A DNA stretch of 64,000 nt from Octopus vulgaris (Eukaryota): assembly GCA_951406725.2 (NCBI GenBank), contig OX597819.1, positions 130,200,001-130,264,000 of the forward strand. The letters run 5' to 3'. Numbering within the stretch: position 1 is the stretch's first letter; every line of letters begins with the position of its first letter. The notes under the pieces were generated by a model, which was given only the letters and a program-made list of their open reading frames with translations, was not told the origin of the DNA and ran no database searches. Positions 14,245 through 28,995 of this stretch are shown piece by piece. A program made the position numbers and the translations under genes.

Positions 14245-14420
14245 TTTAAATTTTTACACAAGGCCTACAATTTTAGTGGTAGGGTGTTAGTCGATTACAT
14301 CAACCCCAGTTCTCAACCGGCATTTATTTTATTGACCCCGGAATGATGAAGGGCACAGTCAACTTCAGCGGAATTTTAATTCGGAAAGTAATAAGCGACG
14401 CGCTAACGATTCTACCAGTT
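14245..14420 (-). mobile_element. Diverged SINE family A copy
   Basis: gtcgattacatcaaccccag...ttgaccccggaatgatgaagggcacagtcaacttcagcggaattt. Confidence 0.75.
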
Positions 14421-14539
14421 GGAATACATCAGGATATCATGAAATATATGTACGAACTGAAAACATTGTTCAATGAGAAACAGAAAAGATTTGTTAAAAA
14501 ATGAACAAAACGTAAGACTGAAAAAACGGAATCCAAATA

Positions 14540-15265
14540 TTCAAAGTGGAGAGAAAAATATCCCACTCCATGGTCAGTGGAAAGTCCCAACAGGAGGAAG
14601 TACATCAAAATGAAATCTCCCAATTGTGTTGAAGCTCTCGGTAAACAGCAAAATCAAGTCTAAATATAACTGCACAGGCCACAAATATTTATGCTAAAAG
14701 TACAGATAATGGAAGCAAAGCATTGAAACAATTGACAACATCTTTTCTGGTCGTCCAATCACTGCCAGGGCCCAGTATCTTATCTGAAAAGATTGAACTG
14801 GCAGCGATGTCTTCTGGGAAAATAGATAGGAAGTAAAAGCATGTAGAAAACGCAGTAAATGAAAATGATTGACGTGTAGAAAACATGTAGAAACATGTAG
14901 AAAACGTAGAAAACGCAGTACATGAAATTGATTGACATGTAGAAAACATGTAGAAAAACGTAGAAAACGCAGTACACGAAAATGTTTAACAACGTCCTGG
15001 TCCCCAATCAACCGAGATATGCCTGTGTGTTTACAGACATATTAAATAAGAAATCCTGACAAAACTGCCTAGATATAATTATCAGAGACTAGAATGAAGA
15101 TGTTTGCAGCCTGGTAGATGTTGCCATCCCTTCTGACTAAGACACATTCTCCACAAAAGATGGAACAATTGTCGAAGAACAAGGATCTTGGTAATGAAAT
15201 AAAAACTGATTTGGAGCATGAAATTGTAAACAGCTCCGGTAATAACAATTAGAGCAATTGGTATC
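14540..15265 (+). mobile_element. Decayed R4/Dong-like LINE fragment (zinc-knuckle region and restriction-like endonuclease)
   Basis: PLHGQW, ETIDNIFSGRPITARAQYL, PDIIIRD-like, CSLVDVAIPSD, LSKNKDLGNEIK, APVI..RAIG motifs (frameshifted). Internal GTAGAAAAC(A/G) tandem expansion at ~14840-14975. Confidence 0.75.
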
Positions 15266-15289
15266 TTTTAATCTGCCAGCTCACCGTCT

Positions 15290-15838
15290 AGGCAGTGGCT
15301 CTATGCCCTTATGTAGTACCATAAAGTGGGTCTCTGCCTTGATCTTCACTGATTGGAAATGTTATCATGTACATGCTTTGCCTTTGCTGTAAAAGATTGG
15401 CAACAGCAAATATTCTCAATATCACAGATTTGCTTATCAGTTGCTTGACCGTAACCAGTTGAGCATGTCCCATAGTGGCTGATAAAATGTGCATCTCTGA
15501 TCACGAATCGGGGAGCATCATAGTCATGTGTTGAGAGGAAATCTTTGGTGTTTGAATACACCCTTGGAAACATAGGTGTTTCATTCCTCATCCTTAAACA
15601 ACCGTTATTCAGGGATCTTTTAGAAAGATGGGCTACTCAACCTGAAGTAAATTCTAACTGGGCCTCACCTGCAAGGTCATGCGCTGTTTATTTTGATATG
15701 AGATTACCATGTTGCGCAGATATGGTTGTGATGCATGTGACTGGTGTACCTTTATCAGACGGGTAGTCAATATGGGTATACTGGGCTTCGTATATTTGTA
15801 CCCCAGTATCACCTTGATGACATGCATTGCTCTCTTAC
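15290..15838 (+). mobile_element. ~550-bp non-coding dispersed repeat, copy 1 (paralogous to 59385-59941)
   Basis: Colinear high similarity with 59385-59941 (e.g. ctgattggaaatgttatcatgtaca; gggtatactgggcttcgtatatttgtaccccagt). Confidence 0.9.
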
Positions 15839-16679
15839 ACAGAAATAATAAAAATTTTGTATTGGCCACCAGGGTTACAAAATCATTCAGGACAATATTG
15901 CGGGCAAGAGGGGGATTTACAAAGAAAATTGTAAGCAATGGAACAATCGCAATTTGCACGAAAATCTTCATAGACAAAATACCCCATAGGGGAAAAAAAG
16001 CTACCCAAGGAACACCATAGACCCTGAGCCACCCCAATCACCGGTAGTACCATGATAATTACACCTCACTGCTTCGTACTTCTCAGCCTACAGGTGTTAG
16101 CTAAGAGTAGCCCCACCGACTCGGGCCATCACTACATTCATCCACCTTCCAGCAAATTCAGAGAAGGAACAAATAATAAGAATAAGATCATCGAAACTGA
16201 TAACTATTATTACTGATAACATCACCACAGTCATTATCACCTTCATCTTAATCAAGACAGGAGGAGCAACATCAAATACAGCAATAAGAACAAATCAAGC
16301 ACGGTTTCTGGATAATCTATGCTACTAAAACAATACTCAATATTTTTTATAAGAAGTGAAAAAAAAAAATATATTAACTCACAAAATATAAAGTTGCCTT
16401 TAAAAAGAGACTGTAGGTGTGTGGAGGGTGGGGCGGGGGAGAGAGATCGAATTGAAATAAACGAATAAATAAATTAATGAAGAAAGAAAAGATTAAAATC
16501 ATAAACAAAACGAAATCGCGACACCAAAGACGAAAAGCTGCTCAAAACTGAGAACAGACAGAAAAAGAAAAAAAGAAATGAATAAATTAATAAATAAATA
16601 GAAATAAAGAGAACAACAAGATTTCATTAAATGTGCAATTAAAGAAACAAAGAAGAGTCGAGTGAGAAAAGAAAGTTGT

Positions 16680-16683
16680 AATG

Positions 16684-16746
<63 letters not shown>

Positions 16747-17056
16747 TAATAAGCGGATAATATTAATATTTGAAAAAAAAAAAGATTAATCGGATATTTT
16801 TGGCGAGTAATTACCAATTATAATATAAACGTAAGTATTTGATTAAAAAAATAAAAACAGTAATGATTTCTAACAATAATAATAATAATAACAATAATAA
16901 TAATAATAATAATAATAATAATTATAATAATAATGATAATAATAATATTAATGATAAAAATAATAATAATGATAATAATAATAATAATGATAATAATAAT
17001 GATAATGATAATGACAACGACGACGACGACGATGATGTTGATGATGATGATGATGT

Positions 17057-17140
<84 letters not shown>
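16680..17140. repeat. (AAT)n and (GAT)n microsatellite block
   Basis: Directly visible. Confidence 0.95.
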
Positions 17141-17141
<1 letters not shown>

Positions 17142-17497
17142 TGCAAATAAAAAAAAATCTGACACAAGTAAATAAATAAAAAAGTTATGAGATGTAATAA
17201 ATTTTCCTCTTTTGGCTGCATCGTTTGATATAGATAAATTATAATCTATTTTGTAGACTCCGATAAACATACATATATACATACATACTGATATACACAC
17301 AGACACACACACATATTTACATAGACTCACAAACGCGCGTACATCCGCATATATATATATATATATACTCATACACACAAACACACACACAAACATATGT
17401 ATACACGCGTTGGTATATTTATGCGTGCTTATATACATGTGTACAATAGATTTATATTTATGTATACATATATACCTACATACATACAGATATATAT

Positions 17498-17552
<55 letters not shown>

Positions 17553-17652
17553 AAAATATACATATATATAGATATACATATATAAATACATGTAGACACA
17601 CACGCACACACACATATATATATGCATATGTGTGCATGTGTGTGTGTGTGCA

Positions 17653-17689
<37 letters not shown>

Positions 17690-17888
17690 AATTTGTGTGT
17701 TTGATTTCTTTTGCGGTTTTAAAGTACAGATATGTGTGTACTAAAGTGTGTGTATGTGTGCATATAACACCCTTATATAGATATACTTATATGTATTATG
17801 CGTATGGATATACATACACACAGACACACACATATATGTATGTATATATATATATGTATATATATATGTATATATAGGTATATAAATG

Positions 17889-17945
<57 letters not shown>

Positions 17946-18338
17946 TATATATGTTTATATCTATGTACATATACTTATATGTATGTATGTGTATAAGTAT
18001 ATATATAAAGTACGTGTGGATGTATATGTGCGATACTGTATGTGAGAGTGCGTCTGTGTTTGTGTGTGTGTGTGTACTTTGTCTGTGTTAATGTTGCTGT
18101 GTTTACGAGTATTAATCAAATGAATTTTGTTTAATGGTCTTAATGAGTTCTATCAACGAATAAAGAATGAGTCAATAACCATTTAATTGTCTAATGCAAC
18201 GGCTTTTCCAATGCCAACATGAGTTGTAAAAGAATCTATTACCTATATAACATTTGTATTGTTGTTGTTGTTGTTGTTCATGGCGATGATGATGATGATT
18301 GTGATGTTGGTGGTGTAATTTCTGGAGTTGTTGGTATA

Positions 18339-18443
<105 letters not shown>

Positions 18444-18510
18444 GTACATATATATATATATATATATGAATGTATGTATGGATATATGTATATATGTATA
18501 TATATATATG

Positions 18511-18576
<66 letters not shown>

Positions 18577-18773
18577 TGTATGTATGTATATGTGTCTTTA
18601 TCGTTTTGTTTTGATTTTTGATGTATGTTTTATTGATTTTTGCTTTGTTTTGTATTGTTTAGTTTTTATTTCTTAAATTTACATTCTTGAAAAGCAAAAT
18701 AAATGAGGAATTTCACTTTCTATAAGAATCGAGTCAGTTAGTTTCGGAATCGAATTGAAATCGTATGCAAAGA

Positions 18774-18818
<45 letters not shown>

Positions 18819-18950
18819 CAGCAAGAACAATGAGGTACCACAATAATTCAATGAAGATGAAATACACAGAAATACAAAAGAATAGTAGTAGTAATAATAA
18901 TGATAATGATAATAATAATAACAACAACAACAACGACAACGACAACTACA

Positions 18951-19014
<64 letters not shown>

Positions 19015-19665
19015 ACACTACTACTAACACTACAAGAGCGTAGAAAATTTATGCTAAGCTACAGAGTTAGAAGACATTTTATTCAAAGGGCTCAAGTACA
19101 GAGAAAGGAAAATGCTACTAAATTAATGTTGTGTGAGTATGTGTGTGTGTGTGTGTGTGTGTATACATATATAATACATGCATATATATGTATATCTATA
19201 TATATGCATATATATACATACAAATACATATATATATAGGTATATATATGTATGTATAAATATATATACATACAAATACATATATATAGGTATAAATATA
19301 TATATATGTATGTATAAATATATATATATATATATATATACCTATATATATATGTATATATATATGTATATATATATATATATGTATATATATACATGCA
19401 TGCACACAGACACATATATATGTGTATACGTTTGTGTCGAAATCCATAAAAAAAATGAAGGGTTTTAAATATTTATATAACATATCTTATAATATTTATA
19501 TTCGTAATTTCAATTATGGTTTATAAATACGCTTCGTCGGTGAAGATTCCGTTTGATCTTCATTTCAGAATTGCTAAGAGATTCTATACGCACATACACA
19601 TGTATGTATCTCTGCCTAAGTTTGTGTGCTTGTGTTTGTGTGTGTGAGAGTGTGTGCACGGGCGC

Positions 19666-19712
<47 letters not shown>

Positions 19713-19777
19713 TCTATACAGGTATATGTGTGTTTGTGTATGTATATACATGCATATTCTTTTCTTTTACTTTCTTT

Positions 19778-19941
19778 TCTTTTACTTGTTTCAGTCATTT
19801 GACTTCGGCCATGCTGGAGCACCGCCTTTAGTCGAGCAAATCGACCCCGGGACTTATTCTTTGTAAGCCCAGTACTTATTCTATCGGTCTCTTTTTGCCG
19901 AACCGCTAAGTGACGGGGGATGTAAACACACCAACACACAA

Positions 19942-19974
<33 letters not shown>

Positions 19975-20149
19975 GATACATATATACGACAGGCTTCTTT
20001 CAGTTTCCGTCTACCAAATCCACTCACAAGGCATTGGTCGGCCCGGGGCTATAGCAGAAGACACTTGCCCAAGATGCCACGCAGTGGGACTGAACCCGGA
20101 ACCATGTGGTTGGTTAGCAAGCTACTTACCACACAGCCAGTCCTGCGCC
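19778..20149 (-). mobile_element. Full-length SINE family B (tRNA head, CORE-like CTTGGGCAAGTG segment, internal microsatellite, GAAACAAGTAAAA tail)
   Basis: Reverse complement begins GGCGCAGGACTGGCTGTGTGGTAAG...GGTTCAGTCCC (A/B boxes). Near-identical copies at 22118, 30882 and 34371. Confidence 0.92.
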
Positions 20150-20519
20150 TATATACATGCATATATATATAATACATGCATATATATAATATATAATGCG
20201 CACACGCATGCACGCAAACATATATAAATCAGTGCATATATATATATACAACTGAATGTACAAACGGGAGATAAGTACTCAACACCGAAGAAGAGAATGC
20301 AATTATTTATTGCATCGCCGAGAGTAATCTGTGTTGCCACGTCAAGCTTCACGATTATTCGTTGATGATATTGCTTGTAGAAAGTTTATAGTTCAAAGCA
20401 AACAACGGTTGGTTATGACAATTGAAATTGGACGCTCTACAAAAGGTACAGAGAAATTATAATAGTGTCCATACACACACACATACACAAACACACACAC
20501 ACACACACATTTATATATA

Positions 20520-20669
<150 letters not shown>

Positions 20670-20807
20670 GTATATATATTGGCCTGCTCGCTTAGCCAGC
20701 GGGCTGGCGTCATTTGAAGGCTAAAACAATGCGAAGCGCATTGTGACCAGCGATGTGTAGCACCATCTGATAGCCTGGTCGTAGAAATAAAAAGAAATAG
20801 AAATAAA

Positions 20808-20839
<32 letters not shown>

Positions 20840-20942
20840 TACACAAACATACACATATATGCATTTATATATTTGTTTGTATATACATACACATAAATAT
20901 ATGTGTATATGTATGCGCGCACGCGTGTGTATGTGTGAGAAG

Positions 20943-21177
20943 AGACGTATGATTTAGTGGTTAGAGTGCTGCAATCACGATTGATAGATTGATAGATTGT
21001 GGTTCCACATCCTGGATCGGCTGTTGTGTTCTTGAGCAAAACACTTCCTTCCACGTCGCCCCAGTCCACTCAGTTGGACCAGTGTCAGAGGGACTAGTGT
21101 TCCAGCCAGGGAGGAATATATACGCCAGAGAAACCGGGGAACCGTCCCTACGCTCCTTACTGAGTTGTATGGACTGA

Positions 21178-21178
<1 letters not shown>
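20943..21178 (+). mobile_element. Diverged tRNA-derived SINE
   Basis: A-box-like tttagtggttagag, gtgttcttgagcaaaacactt core, and gccagagaaaccggg tail shared with the 37531 element. Confidence 0.6.
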
Positions 21179-21217
<39 letters not shown>

Positions 21218-22117
21218 ACACACACACATACACACACATCATTACTGCGAGCATGGGATAACGTCGAAAGTCTCTAAAATAATAGCAACACACTTTGAAT
21301 AATTCAGTCCTAAACACAATACTTCTAACTTCTTTGGCATAAATGCCCTTGATCAAACCGCAACGTCGACGGCGGCAGGTTTTGAGCAAAGAACGCAAAG
21401 CGGAGCAACAAACTATAGCTCTGCCTTTTGTTCGATACGCTACATATTCTATCAACTTCTGAAACCGCTTAGTGACAGATTCGTTTGAATATCGGATAGA
21501 AAGCTTTCACGGTATTCTTTCCTTATCTTTGTGCTCTGAGTTCAAATTAAACTGTACCTAGTCCGGGTATATGCATATTCGGTTCAAATTCTCAGAAATT
21601 CGAAACGCACAAATCGTTAAGACTGTTCACACGCCCACGAAATCACCCAATTTTCTCCATAACTAGCCAACATGTCTTGTGGCCAATATTAATATAGTTT
21701 AGCTACTGCCTGCTGAGTTTTATCTTGCACAGTGTTTCTCAACCCGAGCAGCAGCGCCCCTTTTGTAGTCGCTAAGAAGAGGTGGGGAAAGGTCAAGTAG
21801 TCACTAAGGAAGTAATGAATGATTGGAAGGTTTTCGAGATATTACCTATAAATGAAATATCAGAACTGAGTACCATGCCTACATCTTAAGCACATTTTCG
21901 AGAAAAATCAACGTTGGGATTAAAATATGAATCGAACGTTGTATTGTTAGCGAGCAGAAGCATAACTGAGGATTTACTGAGATTCAGTATAATTTCGTTT
22001 TCAATATTTTATTTTTGAATTTTCATGAAAATTTAACATCATGGAGCGCTAGTTCACATAGATATCTAAATATAAGAACATGTAGGATGGACTACTATAA
22101 GAAAATATAATAAACAA

Positions 22118-22510
22118 CTCTTTTACTTGTTTCAGTCATTTGACTGTGGCCATGCTGGAGCACCGCCCTTAGTCGAGCAAATTGACCGCAGGACTTATTC
22201 TTTGTAAGCCTAGTACTTATTCTATCGGTCTATTTTGCCGAACCGCTAAGTTACGGGGACGTAAATACACCACCATCGGTCATCAAGCGATGTTGGGGGG
22301 GGGGACACAAACACAGACACACAAACATATACACACATACATATATATATATACAGATACATATATATGACGGGCTTCCTTCAGTTTCCGTCTACCAGAT
22401 CCACTCACAAGGCTTTGGTGGGCCTGAGGCTATAGTAGTAGACACTTGCCCAAGGTGCCACGCAGTGGGACTGAACCCGGAACCATGTGGTTGGGAAGCA
22501 AGCTACTTAC
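22118..22510 (-). mobile_element. Full-length SINE family B
   Basis: Colinear with 19778-20149. Confidence 0.92.
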
Positions 22511-23497
22511 CACACAACCACTCCTGTGCCTATACTGTACATAATTAGTTTCTGTTTGATATAAAATAAACTGCTTTTTTTCTGCAATTCGTAATGAAGG
22601 GCTATGCTGGTGTTTTGTTATAAAATAAACAACTGATAATAATCCGAGAATATTACCATAAGCCCATAATTTTCTGCTACTTCCATTCATATTTTTTCAT
22701 ACAAATAAACTCTCACCCCCACCTCTCTCTCTCTCTTACACCCACTCTCCTTTTCGTTCACTCTCTCTTTCACCCTCTCAGTCTCAGCCTCTAGTTAGGT
22801 TCTTTCTTCCAACTAAACTAGGTTGTATCGCAATTTAGATAAAAGTGGTTTATTAGGAAATATATATTTTTTTCCCAAGAATTTTTGTTGTTATTTTTTT
22901 ATGGTCATTACCAAATTACGATTATTGTTATTGTAGCTTTATTTTTCTTTTTAATAAGTTGTTTAATCTACTTTTATTTTATTTGCTTGTGCGTGTATGG
23001 CTACACGTATGTATATTCCTGCGAATGTCTGTGTATGTCTGTGGCTTAGAAATAATTAATGGTCTTTTGACTGTTAGAAGAAACTATTTCCTATTAAGTC
23101 CAATGAGATTTTTTTTGGCTTCTTTTGCAATATTTTACAATATGTTCCTTATTTATTTTCTGTTTTTTTTTCTCCCCGTCTGTTTATGATTTTGTTTATA
23201 TTTTTATATGATTCTTTTCATTATTTTTTTTTTGTATATTTACGTACATTTTGCGTATGTGTTTTATGGATGTTTTAAATCTGTTACTATGCATTTTATT
23301 CCGTATAAGTGGGCTTCAATGTAAATGGGTATCATAGAGGACGGGTACGTTGATGTATGCGCGTGTGTGCTTAGCTCATGTCAGCTCGTGGGTGGGTGTT
23401 GTTGGTGAGAATTATTACAGAGAGGTGTGTGAACGACTGCTGTCGCGTTAGATCGTTATTGTGTCACCAGTGATGCAAGTTATACATAAACAAAGAT

Positions 23498-23538
<41 letters not shown>

Positions 23539-23755
23539 AGAGAGAGCGAGAAGGAGGGAGAGAGAGGGAGACAGACAGACAGACAGACAGACAGAGGGGT
23601 GTAGGTTCGAGTACCATGCGTACGGGAAACCCACTTTCTACCGTTGAGGGAATGTATGCCCCAATATTAGACTATATTCTTAAGTTAATATATGGTAATG
23701 GTGATCTCTTATAAGCTTTAAACTAATAAAATATTATTGTATGTATGTATGTGTG

Positions 23756-23793
<38 letters not shown>

Positions 23794-24567
23794 GTTCGTC
23801 ATAAGAGGTTTGTAAACTTTCTAGACAACGTTAAATGATTCTTTTTGACTTAGGGGTTCTCGAAGCATACATACATTCATGCATATATGCATACATTACA
23901 TACAATACATACATACATACATACATACATACAGATAGACAGACAGGATACATACACATATTTATATATTTATATATTTATATATTTCTTTTTGGAACAA
24001 TGGATCATGAAACAGATAAAGCTATAATAGCCTGTACATATTGGTACAGATTGAATTAACAAACTCTTTAGATGGAAGTCTGTCCGTGGGATTCGAACCC
24101 ACAACTTTTGTAAACATGACAGACGATCAACTACCGGGTTAAAAACAATCGTTTTAATTTCTCCATTTTATGAACTTTATCCTCATCAGCGAGATTTTTA
24201 TGTTTTTCGTGTCAGAAAGACTTAAAAACTTCGAGAGAACGTGAAATAAATGGTCGACTCGCGTACATTTAATACGCATGGTTTAACTAAAATGTATAAG
24301 CAGACGGTGTGCTTAAAACACACGATCATCTGCAACAATGAGGTGATATGAAGTACCTCGGACATCCTTGCCCGATGTTTCATGGAAGATAATGGCAATC
24401 TTTCTGCAATTCTCAGATCACTTTCAGCAGGCAGGAAACAGCAGTATTGCAATTTTTGACGATTTAAAACTTACGTAAACAAATAAATATATACACTTTT
24501 ATACTGGTATTGAGTGCAACTTCCCTTATTTTGCAACGTATTAAGTTGCATATTTATATCTACCTAG

Positions 24568-24631
<64 letters not shown>

Positions 24632-24770
24632 GACTAATATATACTCGATTTTATGAGCCTACCTTATCTGGTTATGAGATTCACATCTTGTACACGATCA
24701 AATACATTCAAATAAAAGTAATGACAAAAATGGCAGTAGATGAACATATTCATGATTGTATGTGTATGTA

Positions 24771-25215
24771 CAGTAACCACTCGCCATATCGCGCTTCACG
24801 TATCGCGCACTCAGTACATCGCGGATTTTTCTGGCAAATATATGTAAATTTATATCGCGGACTCCTCAGTATATCGCGGGTTTCTGCTGCCGATAAGTAT
24901 CTGTATTTTTTTTTAGATTTTATATATTCATGTGAGGAAATAAGCATTTTCACGCCTAAAAATTAATAAATTAATAAATAAAAATACAGAACAGTACTGC
25001 ACTTAATTACACATTAATTAAGATATATGAAAAGTAAATACGTAGTGTTCCGTAGATGAGTAAATAAAGAACCGCACATACAGCGTGGAAAACGAAACTC
25101 GGGAGGCGTGTGTGTGGTATTGCTTTGCATTTAGAATAAAATAAATATATATAAGTTATAAAAATAAAATATATATTTTTGGAACGTAACGCCCGCGCTA
25201 GTCGACGGATTACTG
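24771..25215. mobile_element. pogo/Tigger-type MITE
   Basis: TIRs CAGTAACCACTCG...CGACGGATTACTG flanked by TA on both sides; subterminal ATCGCG repeats; no ORF. Confidence 0.75.
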
Positions 25216-25483
25216 TATATATAAACACATACATACGCACATACGTATGTATGATTGTATGTATGTTTGCATATATGTGTGTATACACGTATATCTACAT
25301 CTATATATACATATATATCCATATAATGGATATATATATACATATCCATATATATATATTCATTATCTATATCGATCTATCTATCTATCTATTTATCTAT
25401 CTGTATGTATATATATATTAAAAACAAGCGCGCAAACCCGCCCAGACACTCATATGCATATACGCACGCACACCGCACAAATT

Positions 25484-25531
<48 letters not shown>

Positions 25532-25853
25532 AGCCTTCGCTTTGGTTAACGTCTAGCACGATGGGCGGAGGAAGTGGTTCTTCCGTTCCGTTCGGTTCAT
25601 CTACCAACAAATACTGTTGGATGTAGTGGAATGATCTATTTACCACTCCAAGACTCCGGCGCTTTAGCACGCTTCTCACTGCACACAGTTCTGCAGTCTG
25701 TTGCAGCCAATCACTTGCAACGAAGTCATTTTTATGCTATCGTCTGCTGCTTGCTTTCAGTTGCCTCACCCTCTTCCCCTCTCTCTATTCTTATCTTTCC
25801 TTTTCGATTTCCCTGTTTGTCTCTTTTTCTCTTCTCTCACCAGCGCTGTCTGC

Positions 25854-25919
<66 letters not shown>

Positions 25920-25927
25920 CTACCTAC

Positions 25928-25981
<54 letters not shown>

Positions 25982-26224
25982 GTATATATGTATATATATA
26001 TATTCTTATCTATCTGTCTCGGTTGTTGTTATATTTTCACCTTCTGACTGCTTCTGTAATGGCCCAGCCTCAGATAGGCACACGTGTAACAATGTAAGAT
26101 AAACATCTCCATGCATTTACGTATCCTTTGACAACTCCATAGATATAACACACACGCACATACATTACTCAAACGCATACACACACATACACTTCTGTAC
26201 TGATAAGGCGTGACAGATCTCGTT

Positions 26225-26308
<84 letters not shown>

Positions 26309-26334
26309 AACAGTAAGTTCCAAAGTGAAGACGG

Positions 26335-26477
26335 TAGGTCGACTTTGCCTTTCATCCTTTCGGGGTCGATAAATTAAGTACCAGTTACGCACTGGGGTCG
26401 ATGGAATCGACTTAATACTTATGTCTGTCCTTGTTTGTCCTCTTTATGTTTAGCCCCTTGCGGGTAATAAAGAAATA
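26335..26477 (+). mobile_element. 5'-truncated SINE family A
   Basis: Core and the ...gcccctt...aaagaaata tail match family A. Confidence 0.9.
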
Positions 26478-26809
26478 GATATATTTGAATGTGAATTATA
26501 TTTGAAATTTCGACAAACGTGTGATTAATTAAAATGTATTAATATAGCTTCACGCATATAAAGATACTCCTAATTACAATATGTGCACAGAATGGTTGTG
26601 CATAGCCTTACACAGAGATAATGCACTTACATAAATACATTCATACGTAAAAACCAGCAGCCTCTTTGATAGAGTGATAAAGGCATATTGTGATATATAT
26701 CCATATGCAAAATACGTACAAAATTCACACAACCCTATATAATCGCACCCCAGCCACGCAAGACGTTGCCCAATGGTTGTACACAATGGACATGCGGCGT
26801 GTGAGCGCA

Positions 26810-26955
<146 letters not shown>

Positions 26956-27085
26956 AAGATCAGTTGATCATGGTTTTATTAAAAAATAGAGAAAGATCAG
27001 TTGATCATGGTTTTATTAAAAAAGATTCCTTCTCAGATTCACAGACTTATTGGAGCGGTCAGTTTTTCTGCACTGTTTTGTGTTT

Positions 27086-27121
<36 letters not shown>

Positions 27122-27137
27122 AAGTCAGTTCTGATAC

Positions 27138-27258
<121 letters not shown>

Positions 27259-28338
27259 CGTTTCTTTATTGGCCACACATGGCTGCACACAGATGGGACA
27301 TGTTACAAGGTAGAGCTTTTCTTTTGAGGGATGAAAAAAACAAAAAACAAAAGAAACAAAAAAAGGGGGGGTGGCGTAGGTTTTCGATCAAGAGGGATCG
27401 TAAAAGGGAAGAAAAGAACAAAAAAATATATATAAATAAAATTTAAAAAATAAAAAATAAAAATAAAAAAAAGAAAAGGAAAATGAACAAAAGAAAAGAG
27501 AAATGAAAAAAGAAGAAAAATGGGGAAAAAAAGGGGAAGAGGAAAAAAACGATCAATAGGGATCGTGTATCACAGTGTTATGATATATGGTGTAAAGGGG
27601 AAAGCAAGTAAGGTTTATCCGTGGGAAGAAAAGCCTACGAAAAAGACCACGGTAACCTTGGTCAATATTGTTATATGTTACCACATTTGTTTGCAAGTGG
27701 GTAACCCTCTGTTTTCAATTTCTGGGTTCATAGGATTATGCTCAAGGTGGCTTCGTCATTCATACGTGCCATCCTTGCTACATTCACCCATCTTTTTTAA
27801 AACATTCGCTAGACAAAATTTGCCTCTCTACTCTCACTTTCCTTTTCAAGTAGTACTTGAAGAAGTTGATGAGAGATTGACCAGAGAGGAAAGTGTTTGT
27901 CTCCAATTCTTTCAGACGCGTCCACCAGATACATTCTTTCGCCATAGCCACAAGGATGATGAAAATAGCTCTTCCTTTCCGTTTGAAGGAAGGAGGCGTG
28001 ACAATATTGACGATAGACTCAGCTGATAAACCGACTCGTCCCACACGTGACAGCAGTTGTTCGACATAAGCCCACAGGTCGGAAATTGTTGGACACTGCA
28101 CGAGTGCGTGCAGAACGGTTTCGTCGCTCTGACCGCATCTCGGGCAGGTCGGCCCCGTGTTTCTCGAGCCGTGTCTGTAGAGATTATCCCGAACGGGTAG
28201 CGCTTCTCGGTAGCACTGCGAGGCCAGGGATCCCTGGAAGTTGTCCATGGGCCCTTGGCCCGAAAGTCGTCCGGAATAGGCGGGTCAGGTGCTCCTCGTC
28301 GACGTCCAGGTTCGCCCCGAGCTCGTCGTCGTACCTCC
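27259..28338 (-). mobile_element. 5'-truncated Tx1/L1-clade LINE: ORF2 C-terminus with zinc motif plus 3' UTR
   Basis: REALPVRDNLYRHG...CPRCGQSDETVLHALVQCP (CX2C-X7-H-X4-C) and IWWTR motif. Frameshifts near 28255 and 27795; the shifted frame ends RWVNVARM...IIL* at 27728. T-rich 3' UTR with AATAAA at 27265-27270. Confidence 0.88.
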
Positions 28339-28393
28339 ATAGATAGATATGTGTATGTAAATATAAATATGTGTGTGTATATAAATATACATG

Positions 28394-28444
<51 letters not shown>

Positions 28445-28445
28445 A

Positions 28446-28495
<50 letters not shown>

Positions 28496-28922
28496 AAAAC
28501 TGATGTAATACTTTTAGAATTTAATAAAATGAAGTAGCATGAAACGATCGTACCGCATTAGCTCGGATATACTTGTTGCTTATTTTGATTATAATCACCC
28601 CATTTGATTTATATGGATAATACCATACAAAATTCTGGTGCCTTTAACTTTAGTACCATATTCATCTGAATCTAAATTTTGCTGAACTTATTGCTGAACT
28701 ATGTATGTATGTATGTATGTATGTATGTATGTATGTATGTATGTATGTATGTATGTATGTATGTATGTATGTAGCCGCATGATGTCCATATCTCGTGAGG
28801 ATTAAATATTGTTACATTTTAAGCATGAGTGCGCGAACGTATGTTCAACTATGTTAATACATGTGATCGAAGCCACAGTAAAATCAAAACGAGCCAAATC
28901 GTAGTTAGTTGAGTTAAAATCT

Positions 28923-28995
<73 letters not shown>

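Noticed and set aside
21730-21745. hAT TIR-like CAGTGTTTCTCAACC
   Set aside because: No matching right TIR or 8-bp TSD was found.
24075-24140. tRNA gene (GGTTCGAATCCC on the minus strand)
   Set aside because: Only the T-arm/B box is intact; no complete cloverleaf. The SINE heads at 37046 and 37531 are likewise not tRNA genes.
24150-24195. Hammerhead from CTGATGA on the minus strand (also ~9063, ~30117 and ~728)
   Set aside because: No convincing stem I/II/III pairing around the core words.
25598-25630. miR-8/miR-200-like hairpin (CATCT.ACC...AATACTG)
   Set aside because: The stem-loop is far too short for a pre-miRNA and the match is limited to a few bases.
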